DNA of 63,366 nucleotides, filler included, from Octopus bimaculoides (GCF_001194135.2; 4 parts of 4 records of this genome joined end to end with filler, not necessarily neighbours in it); one strand, 5' to 3'. Counted from the first letter of the whole stretch, positions 11,830 through 25,088 are shown. The notes: a model not told the origin generated them from the letters alone. Translations and numbers: made by a program.

Positions 11830-12245
11830 AAAATTGATATGGACACTTTCCCCAGCCAGTTATTGTAATTGGTCCTATTACCATTTCCTGGAATTTTAAA
11901 ATCCATTCCGATAGAATAATCAACGCAAATTACCCAGACACAACTTTCAAAATCATATTGCTTAAACTTGTCTTTTAATTAATATGGCTGTCCCCACGGA
12001 CAATAATGTCGCAGTCGATGAACTCGATAGAATTCAGAAATACAAAGACCTAGGTATGGAGATTGCCAAAATGTGGAAGATGAAAACCACAACGATATCT
12101 GTTATTCTTGGGGCATACGGGTTAGTAAAGAAAAGAACAGGAAGATTCTTGAGTCATAATATCAGGAAAGTCGTACTTAAGAGAAATGGGAAAAATAAGC
12201 CTAATGGACGCTGCGTATACATTACGAAGAACATTATCACCTTAA
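11830..12245 (+). mobile_element. RLE-type (R4/Dong-like) non-LTR retrotransposon 3' fragment, frameshifted
   Basis: N*YGHFPQPVIVIGPITISWNFKIHSDRIINANYPD, frameshift, TCLLINMAVPTDNNVAVDELDRIQKYKDLGMEIAKMWKMKTTTISVILGAYGLVKK..AAYTLRRTLSP*; matches the WDF.I.TDR.I.ANRPD..LID.AVP.D.N..K..KY.DL..EI..MW..VI.GA.G pattern. Confidence 0.88.
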
Positions 12246-13109
12246 ATTCCAGAGTTTTATGGCATTTTTTATGCCCTGGGTCTGACTTTAAACTGTAGTG
12301 GAACAATGATTCGGGATTTCCCGGGTTTTGAAAAACGTGGAACCACTGCTTAATCACATTTTTTCCCCAGGTATACTCAAATCCAGAGTAGTAGCACCTG
12401 CCAGGATTCCACCCTTGGGTTAAGCAGCAATTAACCACCCGAGTCAGGGTACACCACCGAGATCATGAGATGCCGCATGTTGGATATGAACTGTTTCTCT
12501 ATTTACTTATCTATCTAACTTTTTATTCTATTTATCTAATGTCTGTGTCTATTTAGCTATCTACTATATATCCGTACGTGTTTACACACACTTGCACGCC
12601 CACACACAGACACACAGACAGACACACAAATTGAATCAATGGCAAATACCACTAGTTGCTGAGTGGATGAAAAGATAACAAAATGTCAACGGCCAGGATA
12701 AACCGGTTTAGTTAGTGATCTACTGCAATCATCTGTAGTTATGGTATGCGCAGATGAGATACTTCAGCTAGCGAAAGGTCAATGTGACTAAAACTCAGGC
12801 CAGGCGTTCATGCCACATCGCTCGATTGGAACATCTGGCGTGGAAGAGTTGCTTTGGTCTGGACAAATCAACCGACATGATAATGACGATGATGATGACA
12901 TTTCTATTGAGCACACATGTGTAAATGTGTTTTTCTTTAAAAACAAAAAAAAACTGATCCAGTTCTTGTGCTACTTCGCATCATATAATGATGTATTAGT
13001 GTCATCAAATACGTTACCTACCTCAGCAGTTCGGGTGGCCCTTCGTAGTTAATGAGTAAATACATGAAATGTGAAGGAAACATTTTCACAATAATATTAA
13101 TAGTTTCTA

Positions 13110-13218
13110 GAAAGGATGAAGGGCGAAGTCAATCTCAGCGGAATTCGAACTCAGAATGGAAAAAAAAAAAAAAATGCTGCGAAGTATTTTGGCCAGCATG
13201 TTAAGTACTCTGCCAGTA
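13110..13218 (-). mobile_element. SINE family A, partial
   Basis: GAAAGGATGAAGGGCGAAGTCAATCTCAGCGGAATTCGAACTCAGAA..CTGCCAG. Confidence 0.8.
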
Positions 13219-13244
13219 CGGCACTTCTTTTTCATAATAGTTAT

Positions 13245-13390
13245 TATTTCATCCGACTTTACGTTCTGAGTTCAAATCCCGCCGCTGTCTCCTTTGCCTT
13301 TCATCGTTCCAGGGTCGATAAAATAAGTTCCAGTAGAATATTGGGATCAATGTAATCGAATTATTTCATCTCTCGAAATTGCTGCTGAAT
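13245..13390 (+). mobile_element. SINE family A, partial
   Basis: TACGTTCTGAGTTCAAATCCCG..TTTGCCTTTCATCGTTCCAGGGTCGATAAAATAAG. Confidence 0.8.
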
Positions 13391-13692
13391 GTGACAAAAA
13401 CGATTACAGTGAGTGTCCTTACTCTAAGTATGTGCCTGTAGAATGGAGAGTAGGAGAGAGGAATCGTACCTTTTCGGTGGTCAGGATAATCTGTGAGGTT
13501 CCTTGATTGGCCCCAGCTGGAGTTTCTCCTGTATCAGGAGGACTGCATCCTTTATGTTATCACATACTTTGTATATCTATCGCATATACTATATTTTCCA
13601 TTTCATTCTCCTCATCTTTTATATAAATCCTCAGAAATTGTCTGTCTTCGAGATATCGTCCCCATCTATGACTCAGTGACTATGAAAACAGA

Positions 13693-13693
<1 letters not shown>

Positions 13694-13754
<61 letters not shown>

Positions 13755-13760
13755 CATTAT
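13694..13760 (+). repeat. (ATT)n microsatellite
   Basis: Direct reading. Confidence 0.95.
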
Positions 13761-14336
13761 TTCTTAATAAGATTTTTTTTTTACTTCGCTTCCATGTGCA
13801 TACATTTACGATTGTCGTTTCTCATTTGTAAATTTATCTGAAAAATGACCGCTATTCGTCCTTAATTAATTCTCAACAGTTAGCAATGCTTTTCCATTCG
13901 ATAATAACGTAGAATCTTTGCAACTATTTACTTTTAGTATCTTGTATTCATGTTGGTTTGTCTTGAATTTCGGAGAATAAATCTCATATCACATTGTATT
14001 ACAGTGAATAGCGTTGTGTTCTGTAGAATTATATTGTAGCACGGCTGCTCGGTATTGTATTTTATTATTCACTCTTCTATTGTATAGCATTATATTATGT
14101 TATTTTATATACCATTGTATTCTATGGGATTGTATTGTTGTTTTATGATTTCAAACTTGTTTCCTATATAAGAACCTAGTAGTGGATAGTATTTGTGATG
14201 TTGGTGGTGGTAGAAGTAGTGGGTAGTGTCTCTGGAAGTGGGGTGGTGGTGGTGGTGGTGGTGAAGGTGGAGTTTGGCAATGATCTTTACAATGTAATAT
14301 CATTTCTCGCAGCGCTAACAATTTCAACTTGCCAAG

Positions 14337-14665
14337 ATGTATGTATGCATGCATGTATGTATGTATGTATGTATGTATGCATGTATGTATGTATGTATGT
14401 ATGTATGTATGTATGCATGCATGCATGGGTGTATATATGTGAATGTATGTATATATATATATAGATATATATATATATTCATTTACATTTATAGTAATAT
14501 ATATATATGTATACACACACACACATATATACATATCTACAGTACATACAAATATGTGCATGTATATAGTTGTATATAATTTGTGTGCGTATGCACGTAT
14601 GTATATATATATGCGCATATATATATATATGCTCACAGACGCATACTCATACACACATATATGTG

Positions 14666-14720
<55 letters not shown>
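14337..14720 (+). repeat. (TGTA)n / (TA)n compound microsatellite
   Basis: Direct reading. Confidence 0.9.
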
Positions 14721-14726
<6 letters not shown>

Positions 14727-15599
14727 TTAGGCAAATCCACGAGCATAATATACGTATGTACATATGTATGTATCTATCTGTCTACCTGTTGAAGGAATGA
14801 GAGACGAGAGAAAGGAAGGAGAGAGGTGAGGTGAGAGAGAGAATTATTAGCTGTATTGGACGTGAAAATAGCTGTATAAATCGATGTTAGAGAATTGCTA
14901 CTACAGCAGAACCGGTACCTACAGCATAACATACAAGATACTGTTACTAGCATTTGATGAGGGTCGAGGATAATGAAAACGTATTTCTTGGTTAGGAAAT
15001 ATTTCTGGTAACAGACTGACGAATTAGCGAAGCCGGTTTTTACAGCTACAATTTTAAATATTGAACAGTAGATTAAAGAAGGAGCTAATCGATCACTTAG
15101 TTGAATCGAAAAGAAAAGATAATCGATTGCAACATGTTTGCAGTGAGAAAGATTCTTGATAACTTCGGTGATGCAATGCACAATAGAAGCTTTTGTGTGC
15201 GTTCCGGTTCGTGCTTTGCAAAGGAGGCAGTGAAGGCCATTAAACGGGTCCGTATGGTAGATACGCCATACGGACAGCAAATACGCACTTCAACACTTGA
15301 CAGAGCACTTCAGTCACGTTCTAGTTGATTCCAAACCAGTGTGAGTGGCTTTTATGCACCACTTCTCAGAACAGTCATGTGTTGATGTCGACAGATATCA
15401 CAATTTCCTGGGCTTTGACTACAGTAAACTTTTGTGGCTATCGTTCGGGCGACACGGCTTTTACTGTTTAACTCTTTGACCGAACTGCAGTCTTGAATGA
15501 AGCCAACATCGAGGTAGGTTCTTTAGTATCACGAATTTTGCCAGCTGGACCATGTGATCGGTTGAAAGTCAACTTTCGCATTTGATCAAAGCTTAGTAG

Positions 15600-16125
15600 A
15601 GGGTATGAGTGATGGTTTGATAGCAATTCTGGGTCTCAAAGAGAACATTGTGAGTAGCGCCATCTGGGAAGTTTTCAAATCAAGTAATACGGAGGTTTTT
15701 CAAATATCTTGGTTCTGTTACATGTACTACAGGACGGGAGGAATTGTATGTTTGGCACCAGGACTACATGCATGGCTAGGTTACGGTCATTACCAAACTA
15801 AACTTGTCTGCAACGTGTGAAAGATGTTGAAACCATTCGACACATAGTCATTCTGTGATCGTGCATTGGTGAGTTGAAGGTTTATGCGAAACGGATCCGA
15901 TGAAGTCTATTCCATGTGTGAAACGAATCCGGTTGGGTCTATGGTTAAGAGCATACCATCAATTCCCTTTGGCAAAAAGAGCGAATAGTTTTACTTTATC
16001 TAATGGTTTTGCCGAAGGAATTACGCCGAAAGAAATTCTACGATGCGTGATGTTCATCAGACTGGGAATGGAATTTTTACTCTCAGAAGAAGCTTTTCCA
16101 GTGACTTAAAGCATAAATTGATGGA
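15600..16125 (+). mobile_element. Highly decayed CR1/L2-like RT C-terminal relic
   Basis: Scattered, correctly ordered echoes across frames: AILGL, EVF, KML..RHI-SFCDR, KRIR/DEVYSM, SNGFAEGITPKEI, LKHKL (compare AMLG.I.R, RHLSY.ERL, RR.RGD..EVYK, SNRV..WN.LP, FK.KLD). Many indels; weak. Confidence 0.4.
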
Positions 16126-17666
16126 AGATAGGAAGATGCTGCCGTCCAGGAAATTTTATTAAGCGTGTTGCAAAATGGTCCCTTACTAACAACTGTTGGC
16201 TGGCAATGGAATCGGAGAATGCTTTGCTTCTTTATTCCCTCTTCTTTCCCCCTCCATCTGCGTGTATACAACTCTGCCTAGAACATTTTTGAATATTTGC
16301 ATTTGGTTTCTAAATATTTATAAGCCTATCTTATGACTAAATCTGTTATTTTCGTTTCTTTCTCTAACATAATTGTGTTTTTAATTTATTTTCTGCGTTT
16401 CAAGATCGTCTTAGCGCGTTTAACCAATCCAAATTTTATACCACTGAATCGAACAATGCCATGTTCAGTCTGTGGTAGAGTTTCTACTAATCATACATCA
16501 CGAAGAACGTGAGGTTATCCATATAGAAAAATTGGTAAGTGTTCTCCCATATCATACATACAATATATGTGTCAGATTTCTGTCTGATTTAAATATCTGT
16601 TTAATGCTTTTACCGGCAGAAAGAAACACAAACAGAAAACAGCAGAGAAATTTCGTCTTGGAATATTCTTCTGATAGAGATGGTATTAGTTGTTTTAATT
16701 TCCTCTTTAGGTTGTATCTGCATTACTGTTTCAGACATGCGCATGTTATGTTTAATGAATCTGATTATAATTATTATTAAGTCTTCATTAAAAACGGCAA
16801 ATGATCTGTATGTGGGAATTCTCATTAATTCTGGTAATGAATCCATGCCATGTTTAAACACTTCGTTTACTTTCTACAGTATTCAAGCATGGCCTTGGTT
16901 CTTGATCAGTAATTCATCATTTTACGGAGCATTAGATAAACCAGACTCTAAAGAGATTGGTGGTGGTTTGCGTCAACAAAACTTGTATTATTTGAATTAA
17001 AATCAAACCAACGACGGATGCTTCCACCAGATTTAAAATACCCACAACACGTTGTATGTCAAAGTAGCACCCTTACAATTTCTTCAAAGGGTGAAGGACT
17101 CATGGTTTGGTATGAAATAGCTCTGGTTAAATTCCCAAATCACCGCATTCTCTAATCTTCGACCGTGGCTGTGTAAAGGCATTTGAGTTAACATTGTTTA
17201 AAAGCAGAGCCATATATTGAATGACCCCAGGTCAAGAGATTTAGTTAGAGTCTAGGATTCCCAGCATGCACTCGGATTCCTAGCGCATAAGTATGAATAT
17301 TTACGTCGTTCGGTTGACTCGAGTTGTGTGAGGTGGTAGAGTTTCATATAATTTAAAACGATACAAAATAAGTATTTACAATAAACTAATGTTAATATGA
17401 GTCATGCATTTGACTACAAATACACACTTTCGCCATCCACAACTTCAGTACAGATAAAAATGAACATCAAAAATTGTTTGGAGTAGAAGCAGAGGGAAAA
17501 GTTAAAACAACTTTCGGTATTTAGCTTCATTTCTTTACATTCTGGGCTAGAATCCATCCGAGGTTTTCTTCGCCCTACAGACCTGTTGTTCAGAGACCAT
17601 GACGCAATTTTGTTTGTCTAATCTCATTCTCATTGCTGAAGATCTGGGACCCTTGACGCATGCGCC

Positions 17667-17667
17667 A

Positions 17668-17710
<43 letters not shown>

Positions 17711-17974
17711 GTCTCTCTGTCTCTCTCTGTCTCTGTCTGTCAGTTTCTGTCTGTCTGTCTGTCTGTCTGTCTCNNNNNNNNNNNNNNNNNNNNNNNNNNN
17801 NNNNNNNNNNNNNNNNNNNNNNNNNNNNNNNNNNNNNNNNNNNNNNNNNNNNNNNNNNNNNNNNNNNNNNNNNNNNNNNNNNNNNNNNNNNNNNNNNNNN
17901 NNNNNNNNNNNNNNNNNNNNNNNNNNNNNNNNNNNNNNNNNNNNNNNNNNNNNNNNNNNNNNNNNNNNNNNNNN

Positions 17975-18013
<39 letters not shown>
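17667..18013 (+). repeat. (TGTC)n and (TC)n microsatellites flanking a gap
   Basis: Direct reading. Confidence 0.9.
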
Positions 18014-18017
<4 letters not shown>

Positions 18018-18272
18018 TGATTGATACCTCGGTCCATTGATGAGCATTCAGCCTGAAGTATTTTGGTCCCTTCTTTCGTGCCATCAAACCAATATTTTCT
18101 CGGTCTCGCCCTTCCTCGTTTTCCATTAACTCCTCCCTTTAGGATGTGACTCCTGAGGTTCCGAACCCTGATGACATGACTTAAATATTGCAACTGTCAA
18201 AACTTTCCTTTCTCTTCCCATCTCAAGTACTGACACGTTTGTTCGACTTCAGCTGATCTTCTTGTGTTCCTC
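18014..18272 (-). mobile_element. RTE-clade LINE 3' terminal fragment
   Basis: Minus strand: KIS*SRTNVSVLEMGRERKVL, then QLQYLSHVIRVRNLRSHILKGGVNGKRGRARPRKYWFDGTKEGT..MDRGINQ*, the RTE L.YFGHV.R..GK..GKRGRGRPR..W.D pattern; ends in (AG)n. Confidence 0.75.
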
Positions 18273-19962
18273 AGTTGCATGTTACAAATGGTTTGCGTTT
18301 GGCAGTGTCATTTGCTCTTAGTATATCAGTCAACGTTTAGGTTTGATTTTATAGAATATGATTCCACATAAGAAAATAATGCGCCCTTGTGTCAAATAAG
18401 CTTAAAATTATTATTAATTCCAGTTTTATGTTAATCTAAATTTTAATATATTCTATTTTACAATTTGTTTTATTTTTTTTTATGTTGAAGATTGTGACTG
18501 TAACTAGAAAGGGCTCCTGTGTTTCTTATTGTTTAATGTATTCTTTGATAGTTCTTGTTAAAAGAATGCAATTCGAAAACGTATTCTTTGATAATTCATA
18601 TCTTAATCATCCGATTATTGTTTAATCGATACAAGCAACAAGATGGAATATAAAGAAATAATGTGAAATCGATATAAATGTAATATTGATTTCATACCCA
18701 GGTACGTGGATAATTTTTGAAGTAGCTGGATATTGCCGAGTGCATCGAATTCGGAATGTTATTAATATTAATATTATTGATACCAGGGTAGAAAAAAAGA
18801 GGGTTTGAACGCAAAAAGATAAAATAGAGAAAATAGAGTATTGTGTTTAGTCTGACGTCCTCTCGTTTCTGTCAAACTTTCTCCGTTATTGATTTCTCTT
18901 TAATATGTGATCAATTTCTGCCCAGGAGGGGCAAACGTGATTGAAATCAATAAAGTTATCATTCTGGTACTTATTTAATCGACCTGCTAACGTGACAGAA
19001 TTTGAATTTAGAAAGTAGTCGATGGAAATAATATAATCACTTTTTCTTGCCTCGGTGCTTTACAGACACAACCAAGTGGCTATTCATCATTATAAATTTA
19101 ATAATGTCTGCTGCAGGCTTAAAGCCAGAAATTTGAAACAACGATTTTATTTACGATTAAACATAAAATCAGTGAATGGACAGAACCATTGGGGCGACTG
19201 ACTGTTTCGCAGTATTTGTGGCGGCTCTTTAGGTGCCGAGTTCAAATTTCTCCGAGCTCTGTTTTGTTTTTATTAATGAGACCAAGTACTGTCCAGGTCA
19301 GATTGCTACACGAATTATTATAATACCAGAGCAAATGCTTAACAGTGTTTGTTCCAGTGTTTTGCGTTCTGTGTGCGCAGTCGTTAGAGCGTTGCAATTA
19401 CAATTTTATGAACGTAGTTTCAATTCCCGGACGCGAAATTTTTTTCCTACAGGAGTCCCAGACACCAGTAATGAACTCATTTGCATACAACCAGTCAGTG
19501 CTCACCTTGAAAATTCACATACTGTGTACTACTACAGTACAGCCAGTCAGGCATAGAATGGTGTATGTCACTCTGAGAGTACAGCACAGCAGGTCTCACA
19601 TAAGCACCACATTCCCCCTACTCCACCATCCTCATAGATCAATTGAGCACCATCTCTATATGGAGCTAACATTAGGTACCAATGCTCAAACTGAGATTAG
19701 TGATATTGCATGTACCCCTTGATATATACAAGAAGGGTGCAATATGATACAGCGCCATATTGATTACGATGTTTTCAAATCAACACCAACATTTCAAATT
19801 AGGAATGTACAAAATCAGTAAAAAAATTAGGAAACTACACTCATTTACAGTTTCGAGTAAATTACGCAAATTGGCAACACTTATGGCATCGTCTGTGACT
19901 TTACACACTAAATTTCTTTATACATTGACTTTATACACTAAATTTCATATTTGTCGCCTCTA

Positions 19963-20332
19963 TTAACCCGTTTAGAAGAGTTAAATTTCGGTATAACGCA
20001 CATTTTCCAGTGAACTCAAGCAGAGTATTTTCGTCAATAGGTGGTCACTAGTTTGATAGTTGAGCTCTGATTGGCTGTATAGAAATGTGTTCATAACTGG
20101 GGTCCGGAACTTTCATGGGAAAAAAGTTTCGCTTTCTGGACCGGGCGACGCGTTGTATTCGTGGATAAAAAAAACTTCACTTCGCGTTTTTCAAGTCCGC
20201 TCAACCGTAGCAAATTAACCCTGCTATAAACTGGTATCCCGTTCAGGTGGCAAGTTGTAATCTCGGTCACTTATACGTCACGGAAACCGAATAACTGAAC
20301 CTATGAGTCCTAGGACTCAGAAATAAAGGGGT

Positions 20333-20335
<3 letters not shown>
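19963..20335. mobile_element. Putative piggyBac-type non-autonomous element (MITE)
   Basis: Left TTAA-CCCGTTTA, right TAAAGGGG-TTGA (10/12 inverted match); perfect subterminal palindrome TGAGTCCTAGGACTCA at 20304-20319. Confidence 0.45.
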
Positions 20336-20366
<31 letters not shown>

Positions 20367-20619
20367 CAAATTAAAAGGGTAAAGGATTATCAATTTATTA
20401 ATTAATAAATCAATTAACAATTAATAATTTTTACCAAGCCCATCAGTATGAAAGCAGCATTATTGGTGGAGAACTTATTCAAAAGTTCATATATTTATAA
20501 ATATAATTAAGGGATCAGCAAAATATTTGCTTCACCATATACCGAAGTTCAGAAATAGCAGCTGAAAAAGCTGCTATTTATATATATAGTATGTTGCTTT
20601 AGGCTTTAAGTACAGCCCT

Positions 20620-21273
20620 CGTGGATAAGTCCTGATCTTCCTGAAATAATTAGAGCAGCCATTGTCTGATTCTGAACCGAAGCTTAAACATCACGTGAGG
20701 TTGTGAATTGCAGCAATGTAGAGCACAGGATTCTATGATTACGTGGTCTCTTATTGTCCTCAGCTGAATGAGAAGTACAAGAAAGTGCATATGTTCCAAG
20801 CGTCCATCTGGGCCATGCTTCTTTATGCGTGCGAATCCTGGCCAATTAAATCTGAAGATCTCTAAAAACTTGAAATATCCGACCACTACTGTCTACGTCG
20901 AATTCCGCATCTTCCCCCATTGGACTGTATGGACTCAATGAAATAAACTCTACTCATAAGACGTCTAAGATGGATTTGTTATACTCTCCGTCAGCCTCCA
21001 GCAGAATTCATTCGCAAGGCAGTCAATCCGGTTCCCCTCCGAAGCTGGCGCAAACAAGCTGGAAAACAACTGGCGGCTGTAAAGGCGGACATGGAAGTGC
21101 AATCGACTCCTATCTGCGCCTATAGGCTTCAACCGCGTCTATGGGCTTACAGCTAGGTTCTGGTCGACGGTCGGATGGATGTGGTCAGAATTCGTGAATG
21201 ATTTGGGGAACTCGTTGGTCGGAGCCAACTCAACTCATCACGAGTAAATTCCACCGAAAGTACAAATAAGCAA
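20620..21273 (+). mobile_element. RTE-clade LINE, RT C-terminal region and 3' end
   Basis: KVHMFQASIWAMLLYACESWPIKSEDL*KLEISDHYCLRRI and RRLRWICYTLRQPPAEFIRKAVNPVPLRSWRKQAGKQ..VKADME match RTE LLYG.E.W..LE.FDH.CLRRI and RRLRW.GH.LR; 3' tail AAAGTACAAATAAG. Confidence 0.85.
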
Positions 21274-21725
21274 ACACGAACAACAGGGATTCTATCCAGA
21301 AAACAGCCGAAACATCAACGACGATGTTTGGCATAAGATTTTATAAGTAAATCCCATACATTCTACATTCCGTTATCTGGAATTTTATAATGCTGACAGT
21401 CATTGGCGTCTATTTCTGTTCAGTCTATGCATGATCTGCTAAGATTAGCAACCATATCAAATCTTCTTCAAATCGCTTCCAACGGTCTTAAAAGTGGGAA
21501 TGATGCATTAAATTCTGTATACCTAGATATACCATTCTTGCGATACAAGAAACAAGGATGGACAAGATTGGAACGAAAACGATCAGAGATCTGCTCCAAC
21601 AGGGTTAATCTCGACGTAAACAGCAATAAAAAACAGCTTAAGCTCATATACACGTTTTATCAAAATATTTTATACATCGATAAACAAATTCTGTAAAATT
21701 ACAAGACAAACAACAACATAAAACC

Positions 21726-21726
<1 letters not shown>

Positions 21727-21790
<64 letters not shown>

Positions 21791-21800
21791 TAATAATAAT
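21727..21800 (+). repeat. (AAT)n microsatellite
   Basis: Direct reading. Confidence 0.97.
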
Positions 21801-22331
21801 GATAAAGCTACGGCATAACTAGCAAAAAGCAAAAAAATAAAAAAAGAATGCAAACCATAAAATTAGTTGAACATCGTGGACATAAACAGCGAGGCGACGT
21901 AACGAGAATAATATGAAAAATGGCTTTCATAAAGCCTTAACGTCTTTTGAAAAACGAATTTTCGCGAACGAGAAACTGAAAGAGAAAAGAAAAGAAGAGA
22001 AGACAATTAAAGAGGAAATTACAAAGAACAAAGGATGATTTTTCCAAATATATTGTTTACCAAGTTTTGTGCCAGAATTGTTTCTAGCGATAACAACGGG
22101 TATATTTATAGAAATTTATGTATGCGAGTATGTATGTATGAATATAATACGTTTAAACAAACACAAACGTACATTCGCTTAGATGCGAGAATGCATACAC
22201 ACAGACACAAACACATTAGCACATGCACGCACGCACACACATATACACACTCATACATACACACATATATACATTTATATAAATATATATATATACATTA
22301 TATATATATATATACATACATATATATATAA

Positions 22332-22394
<63 letters not shown>

Positions 22395-22395
<1 letters not shown>

Positions 22396-22550
22396 CAAGT
22401 GTGGCAAAGAGTTTGCTTCTCAACATTATGGCTCCGGGTTCAGTCCCGCTACGTGGCACCTTGCCCGAGTGCCTTCTACTATAGCTTCCTGCTGACCAAA
22501 GCCTTGTTAGTAGATCTGGTAGAAGGAAACTGAAAGAAGCACGTCCTATA
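22395..22550 (+). mobile_element. CORE-like SINE (family C) 5' half
   Basis: GGGTTCAGTCCCGCTACGTGGCACCTTGCCCGAGTGCCTTCTACTATAGC..GGAAACTGAAAGAAGC. Confidence 0.85.
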
Positions 22551-22744
22551 TATATCATATATATGCGTATACATACAAACACACATACACCATATATATG
22601 ACAAAATTCCGTGCTGCATCGAGATAGCGAGGGATTACTGTATTTGCCTTTCGCAGGGAGATCTAGATTTAACCCTGGATAAGACATAGACACAAAAGGT
22701 CTCATGTCCCAAAGTCTCTATAATTAAATCAAAGTCGAATCAAT

Positions 22745-22892
22745 AATTGGTTCAAATTTTGGTACTATCACATCAGCAAATCTAGCAGGAAGGGGCTGAC
22801 CGACTTCATTAATCCCAGCATTTGACTGCTGCTACTTAATCTGATCTCGAAAGGATGAAAGGCAAAGATGACATCGGTGGAACTTGAACCCA
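22745..22892 (-). mobile_element. SINE family A, diverged partial
   Basis: CGAAAGGATGAAAGGCAAAGATGACATCGGTGGAACTTGAACC. Confidence 0.7.
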
Positions 22893-23089
22893 CAAGGTAG
22901 AGAATATTTATCGTTTGGATTCGCAGTATATCTTTATCGATCTTAATTTCGCATCACGTTCCCTTACAATCTATACACCCAGCTCCTAGGATTCTACACT
23001 AGGATTTTTTGTCCTTGGAAAAGCACGGAACAGTCATATTCATAATTTTTGAAGAGGAGGATGTCGGAAGATACAAGTGGAACATTTGT

Positions 23090-23222
23090 TTGTTTCACTC
23101 GCTTTGCAGCCTCGAGGTTTCGGGTCCAATCCATGAACAAAATGTCTTCTACTATAGCTCCGAGGGACCAATGCCTTGTGAGCAAATTTGCCTGACAGAA
23201 CAGTGAAGAAGCCCATATCCCA

Positions 23223-23287
<65 letters not shown>

Positions 23288-23600
23288 ACTGGCTCGTGAT
23301 AGAGCTTTCTTTAAGGAAATGCTCTAACAGGGCCGCAGTCCTACGACTGAAACCACTACAAGAATAAAAGAACATATATGTACATGTGTGTGTGTGTTTC
23401 GTTGTTTGTGTTGTGCTTCTCCTCATCCATTGTTTGTCCATTTGTGTTGGTTTAATTACAAACTCGTATCCCAGCAGTTCAACAAAAGACATCGATAGAA
23501 AAATTAACAGACTTAAAAAACAAAGACTGAATATCAATTTGTTCGACAATACACTTTAAAGCGGCGTCCTAGCATGGCCGCAGTCCAAATTGAAACAAGG
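23090..23600 (+). mobile_element. CORE-like SINE (family C) fragments around a (CA)n tract
   Basis: 5' piece GTCTTCTACTATAGCTCCGAGG..GCCTTGTGAG (23090-23225); 3' piece ..TTTGTTCGAC..GCATGGCCGCAGTCC (23420-23600). Confidence 0.7.
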
Positions 23601-25076
23601 CAAAGTGCATAAAAATCTCAGTGATGTCTCTGCGTGGCAGGCATCATGAACCTCTGTAAAGATAAGAAATCCTAAAATGGAATAAAGTGTTAGGAATAGA
23701 AGTCTCAGGGCACCATCTGTAGCTTTTCCGATGGCGCAGACATAGAATTAGTTCATTTAATGATATTCCGAACTTGACTGCAAGCTGAAGTAACGCAAAT
23801 CATATTTTGTTAACAAGATACATTTTGAAACTCCCCAAAAAACAGCCAAAGAGAATTGTTTACGTCAATGACCGCATTAATCTTCTGTTTCACCAAGATC
23901 TGAAGACGGGAAGAAAAAAAGTAGAGAAAAACAAAAACAAAACTAGCAAACTGGTGTTAATCGCAAAAAATTTGTGAACTTGGATTTTAGAGAGTATAAT
24001 GGAGCTTAATATTCGGACGATAATTTGGGTGACTAAAAGAAGGAATAATTGAACATTCACACACACGCACGCACGCACGCACACACACACACACACACAT
24101 ACAGACATAAACACAAACATCTATCTATCTATCTATGCGCATATATATTTGNNNNNNNNNNNNNNNNNNNNNNNNNNNNNNNNNNNNNNNNNNNNNNNNN
24201 NNNNNNNNNNNNNNNNNNNNNNNNNNNNNNNNNNNNNNNNNNNNNNNNNNNNNNNNNNNNNNNNNNNNNNNNNNNNNNNNNNNNNNNNNNNNNNNNNNNN
24301 NNNNNNNNNNNNNNNNNNNNNNNNNNNNNNNNNNNNNNNNNNNNNNNNNNNNNNNNNNNNNNNNNNNNNNNNNNNNNNNNNNNNNNNNNNNNNNNNNNNN
24401 NNNTATATCTACATGTATAAATATGCATATATATATATATATATATATATGATATATGTGTATATACACACATATCACAGACACACGTCACAACACATAC
24501 AGACATAAACACAAACATCTATCTATCTATCTATGCGCATATATATTTGCATAGATTTATTTATCAATGTTAAATCAAATATTTACACTAATATATTTAC
24601 CTCATATATTTCAATTCCACGTCCCCATATATTTTTTCCAAATATGCGTGTGTCTCTACACAGTTGCATTCCTTAAGCATTATATTGTCTTTTATTTGAA
24701 TAATCTAATTAAAAAGAACAAAACACGTTACTCTTGTAACAACTCCACTGTTTCAATTTGGCTTCAATCTGTAATAGAAATCCTACGCCTTGAGTAGATT
24801 TATGTCCTTCTTTGATTAGTTTTGGTATTTCGCTGTTTTCTATTCTATTTATTTGCTCGCTTTTGTTTGAATTCTTTATTCTTTATTCATTTATTCACTT
24901 ATGTATTTCGAGGTAGACTCTTAGTTTCATATATATATCTGAGTTTCTCTTTCTTACGCGTCATTGTCTTCCAATGTGGTTTGTTCACTAATCCTCAGAT
25001 CAGCCAGTTTATTTGTGTATATGTACGTATATNNNNNNNNNNNNNNNNNNNNNNNNNNNNNNNNNNNNNNNNNNNN

Positions 25077-25088
25077 TTAATTAATTAA
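25077..25088. other. Assembly spacer TTAATTAATTAA in N44-12-N44 (100-nt artificial scaffold join)
   Basis: Exactly 44 N on each side; identical construct at 50575 and 60541; has stop codons in all six frames. Confidence 0.95.

Noticed and set aside
25077-25088. TTAATTAATTAA as a biological motif or CRISPR-like repeat
   Set aside because: Always centred in exactly 44+44 N; an assembly linker.
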